A stretch of 64,000 nucleotides of DNA from Candidatus Hydrogenedentota bacterium (lineage in GTDB: Bacteria; Hydrogenedentota; Hydrogenedentia; Hydrogenedentales; SLHB01), in contig CAVUWV010000010.1 in the NCBI GenBank assembly GCA_963745075.1, positions 352,001 to 416,000 of the forward strand, in the 5' to 3' direction. Of the stretch, positions 10,499 to 20,492 are shown piece by piece (position 1 is the first letter of the stretch; each line of letters starts with the position of its first letter). The notes under the pieces are model-generated. The model saw only the letters and a program-made list of their open reading frames with translations. It did not search any database and was not told where the DNA came from. The position numbers were made by a program, and so were the translations under genes.

Positions 10499-10556
10499 CG
10501 GTTTTGCCGAAATCCACTTGTGGTCGGCCCGACAAAACATAGGATTTGTATTGCCA

Positions 10557-11006
10557 ATGCGTTGTCCCTTCTGCGCGTTCCTCGAAAGCAAAGTGGTCGA
10601 CTCCAGATCCTCAAAAGAAGGCGATTCCATTCGCCGCCGGCGCGAATGCCTGAAATGCGCGCGCCGTTACACCACCTACGAACGCATTGAAGAAGTCGCG
10701 CAGATGGTGATCAAGAAAGACGGCCGCCGCGAACCCTTCGACCGCTGGAAAATCAAGAGCGGCATCCTCAAAGCCGTGGAGAAACGCCCGGTCGGGCTGG
10801 AACAAGTCGAAGCGCTCATCGACGACGTTGAGCGCAGCCTCTTCAACTCCACCGAACACGAAGTCTCCACCGACGCCATCGGTCTCGCGGTCATGGAGAA
10901 GCTGAAAGATCTCGACGAAGTCGCCTACGTCCGGTTCGCATCCGTGTACCGCCAATTCAAAGATCTCAACGAGTTCATGAACGAGCTGAAAACTCTCCTC
11001 ACCTGA
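10557..11006 (+). CDS. nrdR: Transcriptional repressor NrdR
   Basis: MRCPFC...VVDSR...IRRRREC zinc ribbon plus ATP-cone ending [13 protein letters not shown]. Confidence 0.97.
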   Translation: MRCPFCAFLESKVVDSRSSKEGDSIRRRRECLKCARRYTTYERIEEVAQMVIKKDGRREPFDRWKIKSGILKAVEKRPVGLEQVEALIDDVERSLFNSTEHEVSTDAIGLAVMEKLKDLDEVAYVRFASVYRQFKDLNEFMNELKTLLT

Positions 11007-11070
11007 ATACCAGCGCCCCGACTCCCGTTGAAGCCTGCATCCTCCCGGGCTTCAACCGTGCAACAAACCG

Positions 11071-11162
11071 CCCCTCCCCCTCCCCCTCCCCCTCCCCCTC
11101 GTAATCGGGATCGGGATCGATCGGGATCGGGATCGGGATCGGGATCGCAATCGGGATCGGAT
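11071..11162. repeat. Hexamer tandem repeats (CCCCCT)n and (ATCGGG)n
   Basis: Directly visible between convergent nrdR and gspB-like genes. Confidence 0.9.
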
Positions 11163-11214
11163 TACACCAAACGGAAGGAAAGAATCGCGCGCAGACGAGC
11201 ACCCAGAACGCGCG

Positions 11215-12066
11215 CTACTTCTCCAGGAAGTACCGGTGGCCTGCCACTTCGATGCCCACGCCGCGCAGCTCGACTTTGATAAGACGGGCATTCGTGTCTT
11301 TGATGTATTCGCCCACATACACCTTCTGAAAATTGATCAACGCGGAAGGTCGCGGATTCCGGTCGTTCGTAAGTCCCACCATATTGATCTTCAACTTGGG
11401 AAGACCCAACCGGATTCGCTCCGATTCAGAAAGCATCGGCAGCGTGTTCAAATTGACTTCGCCGATGGGAGTGTCGTCGCGCTGTTCCTGCGGAGGCGGC
11501 GCTTGCTGCACGTTCGTGGGCACCCCGGGCGGCGCAACCGCCGGCGCAGGTTGCGGGACCGATTCCGCCGCGGCCGTCTCGTCCGGTACCGCTGCTGGTT
11601 CAACCCAGACCACCGGGTCGGGCGCCGGTACTGCCGCTTCGGTCGGCGTTACGGACTCGACCGGTTCCAGTGCCGCCGGCTCCGACGAAACCGGTTGCAA
11701 CGGTTCGGGCGCCGGGACCGCCGGCGCACGATCCTCCGCGGGCCGGAACGGGGCAGTCACAACGGGCGGCGTCGCCACAGCAGTACGTGAGGGCGCCGCA
11801 TCCGCCAGACGTGGCGACTCGGTCGCGCGCATGACCGCCACGGCCGTCACGGCGGACACCGTCACCAGCAGGACAATCAACGCGACCCCGGCCAGGACCA
11901 GCACCAAGGAGTTGATCCGGATGAGTTCACCTTCCGGCTGCTGTCGGCGCCGCCGGGTCAGATTACGTTCCGCCGCCGCCTCTTCGACGTTCGCCCGTTC
12001 CCGGGACTTTTCCTTGCCGGTCTTTTCACTTTCGAGTTTCTTGAGCGCGTCCAGGATGGAACTCAT
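11215..12066 (-). CDS. GspB/ExeB-like membrane protein
   Basis: MSSILDALKKLE start, single TM, Pro/Ala linker and C-terminal ALIN...VGEYI domain; follows exeA. Confidence 0.8.
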   Translation of the reverse strand: MSSILDALKKLESEKTGKEKSRERANVEEAAAERNLTRRRRQQPEGELIRINSLVLVLAGVALIVLLVTVSAVTAVAVMRATESPRLADAAPSRTAVATPPVVTAPFRPAEDRAPAVPAPEPLQPVSSEPAALEPVESVTPTEAAVPAPDPVVWVEPAAVPDETAAAESVPQPAPAVAPPGVPTNVQQAPPPQEQRDDTPIGEVNLNTLPMLSESERIRLGLPKLKINMVGLTNDRNPRPSALINFQKVYVGEYIKDTNARLIKVELRGVGIEVAGHRYFLEK

Positions 12067-12070
12067 GGGA

Positions 12071-14356
12071 TCAGTTCCCTCCGCCGCCACTCGGTGCGCT
12101 CGGGATCAACGGCATGCCCGCCAACGCCGCCGACGCGGCCGCTTCTTCAGAGGCATCGGTCTTTGCATCACCCGGAGTCGGCGGCGGCGAAGGTTTCGAC
12201 GCCTCCGCCTCCGGTTCCTCGGACTTCTTGGCCTCGGCCGGTGCTTGGCCCGCCGGTGGCGCCGGTTTCGTGTCCTCCGCGGGCGGCTTCGATTCCATCC
12301 CCGGCTCATTCAGGTCTTCTGACGTTACCACGCCCTTCGCATTGAGGTTCGCGAACGGGTCTACCGGCCCCTCTGGTACCGGCGGCGGCGCGGGCGGGGG
12401 CGTTTCCGCCTCGGTCGCGGGCGGGGTTTTCTCGTCCGGCTTGTCTACCGGCGGTTCCTCCTTGGGCGCTTCAGCCAGGGTCGCCGGCGCCGTCGGCGTA
12501 TCTTCCGCCTTTGCCTTCTCTACTTCCTTCGGCTTTTCTTCTTCCTTCGGTTCGGGCTTCTTGGCCACCGTCTTGGGCGGTTCAGGTTTGGCCTCCGGTT
12601 TGGACTCCGGCTTCTCCTCCCAGTCCGCGCGCAACGTCAGCGGCGGCAACGGCCGCAACGCCGGTGTGGAGAAACCCGGCAGCCAACTATACAGCACCAT
12701 CCGCGTCCGGCTGCCCAACACGCCGTCCACCTCGAGCCCCGTATCCTTCTGCACGGCGGACACCGCTTCTCGCGTCACGCTGTCGTACACGCCGTTCGGC
12801 TTTTCCTTGAACCGTCCCAGCGCCCGCAATTGGACCTGCAACACCCGCACGTCCTCGCCCGTTGTTCCAGGACGCAAGATAGGCGCATCCGGATTCGGAT
12901 CCCGCCAGAACAGGAGCGCTTCGTTTTGATAGCACTGTTTGAACGCATCCGTCGGGATCAACGTGGTGTCGGACATGCTCGTCGTGAGCCGCAGCTCGTC
13001 AAACTCGACCCCGATGATCGCGCTCCACACCGTCTGGGTCTTCCCGTGCAAACGCACCATCACCGGGAGATTGATCGCTTCGATCTGATCCACCGTGAGT
13101 TCCAGGGCTTCGCACTGCAACCGGCTCTCTTCGGCAAAGGTGCGTATGCTATCCTCGGAATCGTCGGCGGGATAGTCGGTCAACAGCGCCAGGTTCCACT
13201 CCCGCAACATGCTCACCGCCGCGCCGTTCAGACACTCGTGCGGATTCAACCGGTCCACAAATCCCGATACCGTCGGGTCGAAGGCCCCGTCCGTCGCGGG
13301 CGCCTCCACCTCGACCGGACGCTCGGCCGCGGGCGTCAGCGCCGTGTCGCGTGTTCGCGCTTCCGCCGTAGACGAGGTCGACGCGATGGGATTCACCTTG
13401 TCGAAAAGCGCCGCGAGTCCATCGCCGGACTCCCCGTTCAGATAGTCGATGCCGAATTTCCCCAGCACCAGCACCAAGGCGATCACCGCGATCACCGTGG
13501 AACTCGGCACGAGGCGTTTCAACCGCGAGCCTTCTTTCTTCTTCTTGACGGTTTCCCCGCGGATCTCTTTCCACGCCTGCTTGATGATGGTGTGCGAGAT
13601 TTCCCGCGTTTCCTTCGTATACCCGATAAGGAGGGCCCGGTCGCAGATCGCATTGATCACGCGCGGCGTCCCGCCCGTGAACTTATAGATGTACTTCACG
13701 GCCTTCGGCGTGAAGTGAATCCGGCGTCGCCCCCCCGCCACGCGCAACCGGTACGCGATGTACTGCAGCGTCTCCTGCCGCTCCAGGGGATGCAGGTGGT
13801 ACCGTGCCGTGATCCGCTGGTTCAACTGCCGCAACTCGTCAAGTGACAAATGCTGCATCAGTTCCGGCTGGCCGATCAGCACGATCTGCAGCAGCTTCGT
13901 CGTCTCGGTTTCCAGGTTGGACAGCAGCCGGATCTGTTCCAGGACCCCCGGCGTGAGGTTCTGCGCCTCGTCGATGACCAGCACACAGTTCTTCCCCTTG
14001 GCATTGCGGTCCAGGAGATACTCGTTCAGTTCGTCGATCAGCTCGCGAACGGTGGCCGCTTTCGAGTCTATCCCGAAATCATCGTTGACCTTACGAAGGA
14101 GTTCCTCCGGCGAGAGGTAGGGGTTGAAGATGAACGCGACTTCCGTGTTCTCGTCGAGTTCGTTCAGGAGCGTCCGGCAGATCGTCGTCTTCCCCGTCCC
14201 GATTTCCCCCGTGACCATCACGAACCCGCTTCGGTTCTTGATCCCGAACAGCAGGTGGGCGAAGGCCTCCTTATGCTTCTCGCTGAGATAGAGGAATTTC
14301 GGGTCCGGGGTGAGGTTGAACGGCTTTTCCCGCAGACCGTAAAAGGCTTCGTACAT
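12071..14356 (-). CDS. exeA: ExeA/GspA family AAA ATPase with TM and peptidoglycan-binding domain
   Basis: MYEAFYGLREKPFNLTPDP, GEIGTGKTT, VIDEAQNL, LIGQPEL, PG-binding domain (LRPG..GEDV..LQ...DG.LG..T) and Pro/Glu/Lys tail. Confidence 0.88.
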   Translation of the reverse strand: MYEAFYGLREKPFNLTPDPKFLYLSEKHKEAFAHLLFGIKNRSGFVMVTGEIGTGKTTICRTLLNELDENTEVAFIFNPYLSPEELLRKVNDDFGIDSKAATVRELIDELNEYLLDRNAKGKNCVLVIDEAQNLTPGVLEQIRLLSNLETETTKLLQIVLIGQPELMQHLSLDELRQLNQRITARYHLHPLERQETLQYIAYRLRVAGGRRRIHFTPKAVKYIYKFTGGTPRVINAICDRALLIGYTKETREISHTIIKQAWKEIRGETVKKKKEGSRLKRLVPSSTVIAVIALVLVLGKFGIDYLNGESGDGLAALFDKVNPIASTSSTAEARTRDTALTPAAERPVEVEAPATDGAFDPTVSGFVDRLNPHECLNGAAVSMLREWNLALLTDYPADDSEDSIRTFAEESRLQCEALELTVDQIEAINLPVMVRLHGKTQTVWSAIIGVEFDELRLTTSMSDTTLIPTDAFKQCYQNEALLFWRDPNPDAPILRPGTTGEDVRVLQVQLRALGRFKEKPNGVYDSVTREAVSAVQKDTGLEVDGVLGSRTRMVLYSWLPGFSTPALRPLPPLTLRADWEEKPESKPEAKPEPPKTVAKKPEPKEEEKPKEVEKAKAEDTPTAPATLAEAPKEEPPVDKPDEKTPPATEAETPPPAPPPVPEGPVDPFANLNAKGVVTSEDLNEPGMESKPPAEDTKPAPPAGQAPAEAKKSEEPEAEASKPSPPPTPGDAKTDASEEAAASAALAGMPLIPSAPSGGGGN

Positions 14357-14477
14357 GCTTCCCTCGCCGGGCAGGCACACCTATCCCTGCCCTCCTAATC
14401 CGTGACTTGGAAGAATAACAGGAGAAGGAAAACCTGTCAACAAATGACCGGAGCCCGGAGCGGAGCCAAAAGACCCC

Positions 14478-14572
14478 ACAGATCCGTCCGATCCGCCCGA
14501 TCCCACGGCCCGGTCCATGCCGGTCCCCGTCCGTGTGCGTCCGTGTAGGTCCGTGTAGGTCCGTGTAGGTCG
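14478..14572. repeat. Short-period repeats (CCGATCCGT units and GTCCGTGTAG x3)
   Basis: Directly visible downstream of the sigma-factor fusion gene. Confidence 0.8.
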
Positions 14573-14576
14573 CCCC

Positions 14577-17500
14577 CTACGGAAACGCCATATCCACCTC
14601 CACCACCGATTCCCCCTCCGGCACAACCACGGGCTTCCCCACAACCTGCCCCAACCCATCCGTCGCTACCAGGAGCGTGTACTCGCCGGGGTCTACGGCG
14701 TCGAACCGAAATGGACCGGGACCGTTGAGCCGGTCCATGCCAGCGGCACGCATTTCCACTATCGTTGCAGAGGTCGCGTTGTTCACGGCAGCCGCATCAA
14801 CCTGGCCCGCGAGCAGGGCCACGTCCAGATCGCCAATTGTGGAGTCGGCCGTTATTCGCCCCCGCACTGACGCGCCGTCCGCAAAATCGAAGTCACGGGT
14901 GATACTGGCCCCAGGCGCGATCGCAAACATCGCCGTCTTGCCAACCCGGCGTCGACTGGCTACCTCTGTTACGACGACAAGCGTGCCCGGGCCCGCCACC
15001 ACATGGGCAAATTCGAAGTGCCCCGCCTCATCGACGGGTCGACTATATTGCACGAGCCCTTCAGCCGCTTCGACCGTCAGCGCCGCCATTATGGGACGGC
15101 TTGTTCCCAGCCCCGGCGCATTTCGTACAGTCCCTGACACCTTAGCACCGGCCGTTTCCAAATTAATATCCAGCCTCGTCGTTTGGTTAGACGCAACGGC
15201 AACGGTCCGCCGGATTCTGCCTATCGGCGAATCGACGGTCACGAGCGCGGAACCCGCGATCAGCTTGTCGACGCGGAACGATCCATCGTCTCCCGTAGTT
15301 GCGATGGGCCGTATCCGATCGTAACTCGAGAACGAAGCCTCCGTGTAGTAGAAATTGACGCGAGCCCCGGGCACAGGCGCACCATCCACAGTCACAGCGC
15401 CTTCAAGAGTTCCACCGTTCGTCAGCGTGAACGTAGGGCTCGGTGAGGATCCCGCATGTACGTCCACCGTAAATTCTCCAGGTGCGTAATCAGGGTGATA
15501 TACATAGATGAAGTTCGTCCCAGGCACGAGATTCCCCAGCGTGCAGGTGCCGTCACGGCCAGTCTTTGCGCTGGCCCCGGAAAACCGTGGGTTATCAAAG
15601 TAGTACGGTAATTCGCCGTTAAAAACCTGCGCCTCGGCTAGCGGTTGGCCGGAAGGGTCAACCACTGTCGCGTGAACCACCGCGCCCGGCTTCACGACGA
15701 GGTCCACTCCGGAGATCGTCTGCCCTGGGTGAACTTCGACGATCGTCGAACTGGGAAAGCACCCGGCCGCTCGCGCCACGACGGCGCAGCTACCCGGCCA
15801 CGCATTGTCCACGCGGTATTCACCGGATTCGTTGACGTACCGGTTGTACGGAAGGTTCGATCCCGCCGACGCCGCCACATCCGCACGAGCCACGGCCAAG
15901 TCAAACTCAGTCATGGGATTCCCCGTCCGACCATCAACCACCCGGCCTTCGACAGATCCGAAACGATCCAAAACGATCTTGAAGTCCTTCGTGCCCGTGG
16001 CAACGCCGTCAATTTGGCGGGAAGGATACCCTTCTGCCCGGATGTTGAGGTCGTAACTTTCCAGGTCGAGACCTTGCAAGGTGTACACGCCGTTTTCGTC
16101 CGATTTTGCCCAGGGACCAAGTCGCCCTGCTCCCCGCGGAATGACATCAGCACCGGAAACGGGCGAGCCCGTGTCATCGACTATCTGCCCGGTGATCGTT
16201 CCAGCGCCTCCACCCACATCGATAATCAAGTCCGAGATGGACTGTCCCGGTCCAACGGACACTTCAGTCGCCGGCTTTCCCAATCCGATTGAATCGGCCA
16301 AAATGAAATAATCGCCGGGAACCAGATTCACAAACGAGAAACGCCCGTTTGCATCGGAACTTGCCGAGTCGAAGCGGTCGCGGGTCTTGCTTCTGATATT
16401 CACACCCACTCCGGCCGCGGCCACACCGCCACCATAAACCAACTGTCCGCTGACCGAACCCATCGGGCGTTTGACGAGCGTCAATGTGACTCCCTCAACG
16501 TCATGGGCTCCTAGGGTGAAGGGTCCTGCCGTTTCGCTCATCCATGCCCCAGCCGTTGCTTGGACGATCACCGCTTCGCCTAGTGCAAGACCTGAGATTG
16601 TGAAGTCTCCGGCTTCACTTTCTTCGATATCGCGACGAGCGCCACGGAAGGCGTCGCTCGCCCGATCGGTATACCGGACTGTAACAGTTATTCGGTCAAA
16701 TTCAGCATCCGGTGGCGCTTTCACCGTCCCGCGGATTGTCGCCCCCTTCGCAAGTCCGAAATCGATTCCCGTAATGGTCTTTCCCAGTTCCACGACGAGG
16801 GGATCCTGCACGGGGTTTTCAATGACCGGGTACCCGGGCCCCTGCACGGATTGGACGTGATACATTCCCGGTCGCAAACGGGCAAATCGGTACGCGCCCG
16901 TTTCGTCTTCGTTGGTGTTTCCGTATTCCGAGACATCCCCCGTCGTACGTAGATTCACTTCTGCGTGTCGGATCCCGTTTCCAGTCTGCGCGTCATACAC
17001 CCTCCCCATGATGATTCCCCCTTGGGCAACCTCGACGGTCACACCCGTCACGTCACCGCCTTCGGGCACGATGAATCCTTTTGACAAAGAGATCAGCTTG
17101 TCATCGTGGATTTGTACAGAATTGCCACCCGGTTGGACGCCATCTAACACGAAGTATCCATCCCTTCCGGTTTCAGTCAGCCGCCCCCGATACATGCTGA
17201 CCTTCAGATCCGGCACCGGCGTGTTCGTCCCCGCATTGACCACCCGGCCTTCCACGTGCGCGCCCGGTGTCAGCGTAATCATTACCGGCGGTTTGTCGGC
17301 CGGCAGATAATCGCTTTCGTAAAGCGCACAGGTCGGCGAATCCACCTGCAACTTCCACGAACCCAGCCACACCGGCGCCAAGTGAAACCGGCCGTCGGCA
17401 TCCGTTCGCACCCCTCGGAGTTCCTGCCACCGATCGGAAAGCCACTCTTCCTCGCCCGTCCAGTTGCCTTGTGTCGGCGTTACGAGTGCATCCGACACCG

Positions 17501-18731
17501 GCGTCCCGTCCTTGCTGTGCACCACCCCGTCCAACGCGCCCGCCGGAAGCATGGCGATCTCGTGCACCTCCGGTTCTGCGGCCGTGTCGCTGCTCATATC
17601 GTCCGCGCCGAACACTCCTGGCGCCGTCGCCTGCAACATATACGCTGTATGTTGCAGATCCCTGAACCTAAACGAGCCGTCATCCCCCGATTTCGTTTCG
17701 TGGTGCTTGCCCTTCCCGGGGTCATAGGGATCGAGCGTGAGGGCCGCGTTCGCCACCGCGTTTCCGGACTGGTCGACCGTCCGCCCGCGAATGAAATTCC
17801 CGGCCAGGGAGTCCGCCGTGGCGGTTGCTCCGTGATCGGTCCGATCCGACCGATCCGTCGGATCCGTCCGATCGGCTTGCGGCTCCTCCGCAGCCACCCC
17901 GCTTTGCGCGATGGCTGTCTCGGGTCCGGCGTTCTGCGCGGTTGGTTCCGGCGCATTCGGCCAATACACCACCGTGCCCGCCACCACCAGCACCGCGGCA
18001 ACCGCCGCCATGATCTTCGCCACCACCCCGGACGCGATCGTCCCCGCAACGCCCGCCGCTGCCGCACCCCCCGCAGCGCCCGTTGTCGAAGCGGCACTCG
18101 CTTCCCACGCCGCCGTGACGCCCGCGAGCAGCCCCATGATGGTTTTCACGCGATCCCGGTGCGACCGTTCCGGTGCAACAGCCGGTTCCAGGTGACGCAG
18201 CATCTGCCCGCTCAACGCGTCCCGCGCCCGTTGCAACCGCTTCCTTACGGCGTCCTGGGAAAGTTCCAACAGCGCGGCAATCTCCTTGATTGACCGGCCG
18301 CCGTAATAATGGAGGAGCAACGCCTCGCGATGGATGTCGTCGAGCCCTTCGATCTGCTGCCGCACGAGGACGCGCAGTTCCCGATCTTCGAGTCGATCCG
18401 CAGACGGCTCCTCCATCGCGGCCACCGCATCGACCCGTTCCGCTTCACGGGCACGGCTGCGTTGGTGGTTGCGGCAGATGTTGCGAACGATGGTCAGCAG
18501 CCACGGACCGAACTTGGCGGGCTCGCGCAACCCGTCCAGGGATTCGAAGGCTTTGAGAAAGGCGTCCTGCGCGGCGTCTTCCGCATCGGTGACGTTGCGA
18601 AGCTGCGCGTACGACACCGCGTGGGCCACAGGCAAATAGCGATCGACCAGCACCGCAAATTCGTCGTGCTTCCCCGCGCGCACCCGCAGCACGACTGCCG
18701 CATCATCGGAAGTCTTTCTAAACCACGGCAT
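14577..18731 (-). CDS. ECF sigma-70 factor fused via a TM to multiple carboxypeptidase-regulatory-like beta-sandwich repeats
   Basis: DAEDAAQDAF (sigma2) and REALLLHYY..SIKEIA (sigma4), one TM, then repeated G.V.D..G.PV..A.V...TD.DG.F units. Confidence 0.87.
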   Translation of the reverse strand: MPWFRKTSDDAAVVLRVRAGKHDEFAVLVDRYLPVAHAVSYAQLRNVTDAEDAAQDAFLKAFESLDGLREPAKFGPWLLTIVRNICRNHQRSRAREAERVDAVAAMEEPSADRLEDRELRVLVRQQIEGLDDIHREALLLHYYGGRSIKEIAALLELSQDAVRKRLQRARDALSGQMLRHLEPAVAPERSHRDRVKTIMGLLAGVTAAWEASAASTTGAAGGAAAAGVAGTIASGVVAKIMAAVAAVLVVAGTVVYWPNAPEPTAQNAGPETAIAQSGVAAEEPQADRTDPTDRSDRTDHGATATADSLAGNFIRGRTVDQSGNAVANAALTLDPYDPGKGKHHETKSGDDGSFRFRDLQHTAYMLQATAPGVFGADDMSSDTAAEPEVHEIAMLPAGALDGVVHSKDGTPVSDALVTPTQGNWTGEEEWLSDRWQELRGVRTDADGRFHLAPVWLGSWKLQVDSPTCALYESDYLPADKPPVMITLTPGAHVEGRVVNAGTNTPVPDLKVSMYRGRLTETGRDGYFVLDGVQPGGNSVQIHDDKLISLSKGFIVPEGGDVTGVTVEVAQGGIIMGRVYDAQTGNGIRHAEVNLRTTGDVSEYGNTNEDETGAYRFARLRPGMYHVQSVQGPGYPVIENPVQDPLVVELGKTITGIDFGLAKGATIRGTVKAPPDAEFDRITVTVRYTDRASDAFRGARRDIEESEAGDFTISGLALGEAVIVQATAGAWMSETAGPFTLGAHDVEGVTLTLVKRPMGSVSGQLVYGGGVAAAGVGVNIRSKTRDRFDSASSDANGRFSFVNLVPGDYFILADSIGLGKPATEVSVGPGQSISDLIIDVGGGAGTITGQIVDDTGSPVSGADVIPRGAGRLGPWAKSDENGVYTLQGLDLESYDLNIRAEGYPSRQIDGVATGTKDFKIVLDRFGSVEGRVVDGRTGNPMTEFDLAVARADVAASAGSNLPYNRYVNESGEYRVDNAWPGSCAVVARAAGCFPSSTIVEVHPGQTISGVDLVVKPGAVVHATVVDPSGQPLAEAQVFNGELPYYFDNPRFSGASAKTGRDGTCTLGNLVPGTNFIYVYHPDYAPGEFTVDVHAGSSPSPTFTLTNGGTLEGAVTVDGAPVPGARVNFYYTEASFSSYDRIRPIATTGDDGSFRVDKLIAGSALVTVDSPIGRIRRTVAVASNQTTRLDINLETAGAKVSGTVRNAPGLGTSRPIMAALTVEAAEGLVQYSRPVDEAGHFEFAHVVAGPGTLVVVTEVASRRRVGKTAMFAIAPGASITRDFDFADGASVRGRITADSTIGDLDVALLAGQVDAAAVNNATSATIVEMRAAGMDRLNGPGPFRFDAVDPGEYTLLVATDGLGQVVGKPVVVPEGESVVEVDMAFP

Positions 18732-18770
18732 GATTGTACCTCGCCTCCCCTGCGAAGGCGTCACGCCGGG

Positions 18771-18944
18771 CTACTGCTGCGACGCCTCCAGCCGTTGTCG
18801 AATCGCGGCGACATCCCGCCGAATACCGTTCAACGTGATGATGAGCCACACTACAACCGCGATGGGGATTCCCCACGCGAACAAACCCACGATGAGCACC
18901 ATCACCCATTCCATGCCGCCCGGCCCGGTCATCATCGCTTCCAT
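18771..18944 (-). CDS. Small single-TM membrane protein
   Basis: GGAGG RBS, hydrophobic segment and short coiled-coil-like tail. Confidence 0.55.
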   Translation of the reverse strand: MEAMMTGPGGMEWVMVLIVGLFAWGIPIAVVVWLIITLNGIRRDVAAIRQRLEASQQ

Positions 18945-19054
18945 AACCCTGTCCTCCCTGTATAGCGAAAGTGCTTTCACCGACCAGTGTAGGCCACGGA
19001 AAGGCTGTTTACCAAGGAAGACACCACCCCACCAAAAAGGTGACCGGAAAAGAA

Positions 19055-19133
19055 TGCAGGCGAGACGCCTGCGCTACAATCGCCCAAGCCGAGTCGGTGG
19101 GATCTTCTAAGTAGCGCAGACGTCTCGCCTGCA
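19055..19133. repeat. Inverted pair of GTAG-type REPs (GTAGCGCAG[G/A]CGTCTCGCCTGCA)
   Basis: Copies at 19055-19077 and 19111-19133; the same unit occurs at 40675 and 40724. Confidence 0.85.
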
Positions 19134-19180
19134 AGGTCTCTACAGTGGCCGGGAGCGCTGCGAATGCTGGATCGGGCCGA

Positions 19181-20044
19181 TCAGCCCGATCGGCCGGATC
19201 CGTCCGATCCCTTCTCTTCCGCTGCCGCCTGCTTGATGGCGTCCCGGATCGCCCCGTCCTCCGACCACGGGATCAAGTGGTTGCGGTCTTTGAACAAGAC
19301 CTCGTCGCGAACCCGGCCCTTCGTCAGGTGCTCTTCGAGGTAGGTCACGTTCGACACCGGCACCAAGGCATCCTTCTTACCGTGCAAGACGATCACCGGG
19401 CACGTAATCTTCGCGAGCAGCGGCTCCAATTTCTGAAGTTCCGCTTTGAGCGGGAGCAGCTCGCGATTCGAATTGCGCAATCCGCGCGGCAGGATACTCG
19501 GCACAAACCCGACTTCGCCCAGCGTCTGATACCAATGCGTCTTCTCCAGGTCAGGGTCCAGCGCACCGGAAATCACGACCAATCCCCCCACCCGGTCCGC
19601 GAAATCCGCGGCCGCCCGGCACACGATGGTCGCACCGAGCGAATGCCCCACCAGGATCGGCCATTTCCCGTTGCGCTTCACCAGAAACGGTTCGATCGCC
19701 TTGGCCTGTTCTTCGAGCGACGGCACCGGGGTGTGCGGGGTCGTCTGTCCGAAGCCGGGCCGGTCCAACGCAATCGACTCGAACCCGGGAATGGGGTCTT
19801 TCAAGTAGTCGAGCCACGCGCGCGCGTTCCCCGGCGACCCGTGCACATAGATGATGCGCGGCGCATCCGTCGGCCCGGCGTGCAGGTAGCTGATGACCTG
19901 CCCATCCTCGCCTTGGATGGTCGCACGCGGCACGCCATCGTCGTCGCCCACCATCATCGCCACGGTAAGCGCGACAACACTGATAGCGCCGACGATAGTC
20001 AGCAAACATCCGGTAAGTAAGATTCGTTTTCGGGGTCGTTTCAT
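19181..20044 (-). CDS. Alpha/beta hydrolase with N-terminal anchor
   Basis: YVHGSPG, DRPGFG, GHSLG nucleophile elbow and HGKKD..V. Confidence 0.9.
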   Translation of the reverse strand: MKRPRKRILLTGCLLTIVGAISVVALTVAMMVGDDDGVPRATIQGEDGQVISYLHAGPTDAPRIIYVHGSPGNARAWLDYLKDPIPGFESIALDRPGFGQTTPHTPVPSLEEQAKAIEPFLVKRNGKWPILVGHSLGATIVCRAAADFADRVGGLVVISGALDPDLEKTHWYQTLGEVGFVPSILPRGLRNSNRELLPLKAELQKLEPLLAKITCPVIVLHGKKDALVPVSNVTYLEEHLTKGRVRDEVLFKDRNHLIPWSEDGAIRDAIKQAAAEEKGSDGSGRSG

Positions 20045-20115
20045 AGACTACTCAGTAGGTTCTCTCGTCCTCGGTACGGCACAGCCCTGCAAAGAACGAT
20101 GCACCAGAAAGAACA

Positions 20116-20338
20116 TCCCCCTTCAAAGGGGGAATTATGCGCGACTCGGGCATACGTCCGCATGATGATATGTCCTTGCTCCCGAAACCGCCACTGCTCC
20201 GTACCGCGACGCAAAGCGCAACTCACAAACCGAGGTCGCGCGCGAGAGCATGCGTAAGCTGCACAAATCCTTCGTGCGCCAAACCGCGCAGCGAAGCGAG
20301 CGCGATTCCCCCTTTGAAGGGGTATCAAGGGGGATGTT
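20116..20338. repeat. Inverted pair of TCCCCCTTTGAAGGGG...GGGGGATGTT palindromic repeats
   Basis: Copies at 20116-20133 and 20307-20338; third copy at 35817-35848. Confidence 0.75.
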
Positions 20339-20492
20339 CTTCTCTCGGCCAAGCTCAGCCTCTATTCGCGTTCGATTGCCCTTAAGCCGGTAAGGCGGGA
20401 AACCTCGTCCTGAACGGCGGCGGCGAGCGTCTTGCCCGTGTGGTCCTTTGGATTCACAACGTCACCAAAGGTAACGTCGCAGCGTATCCATT

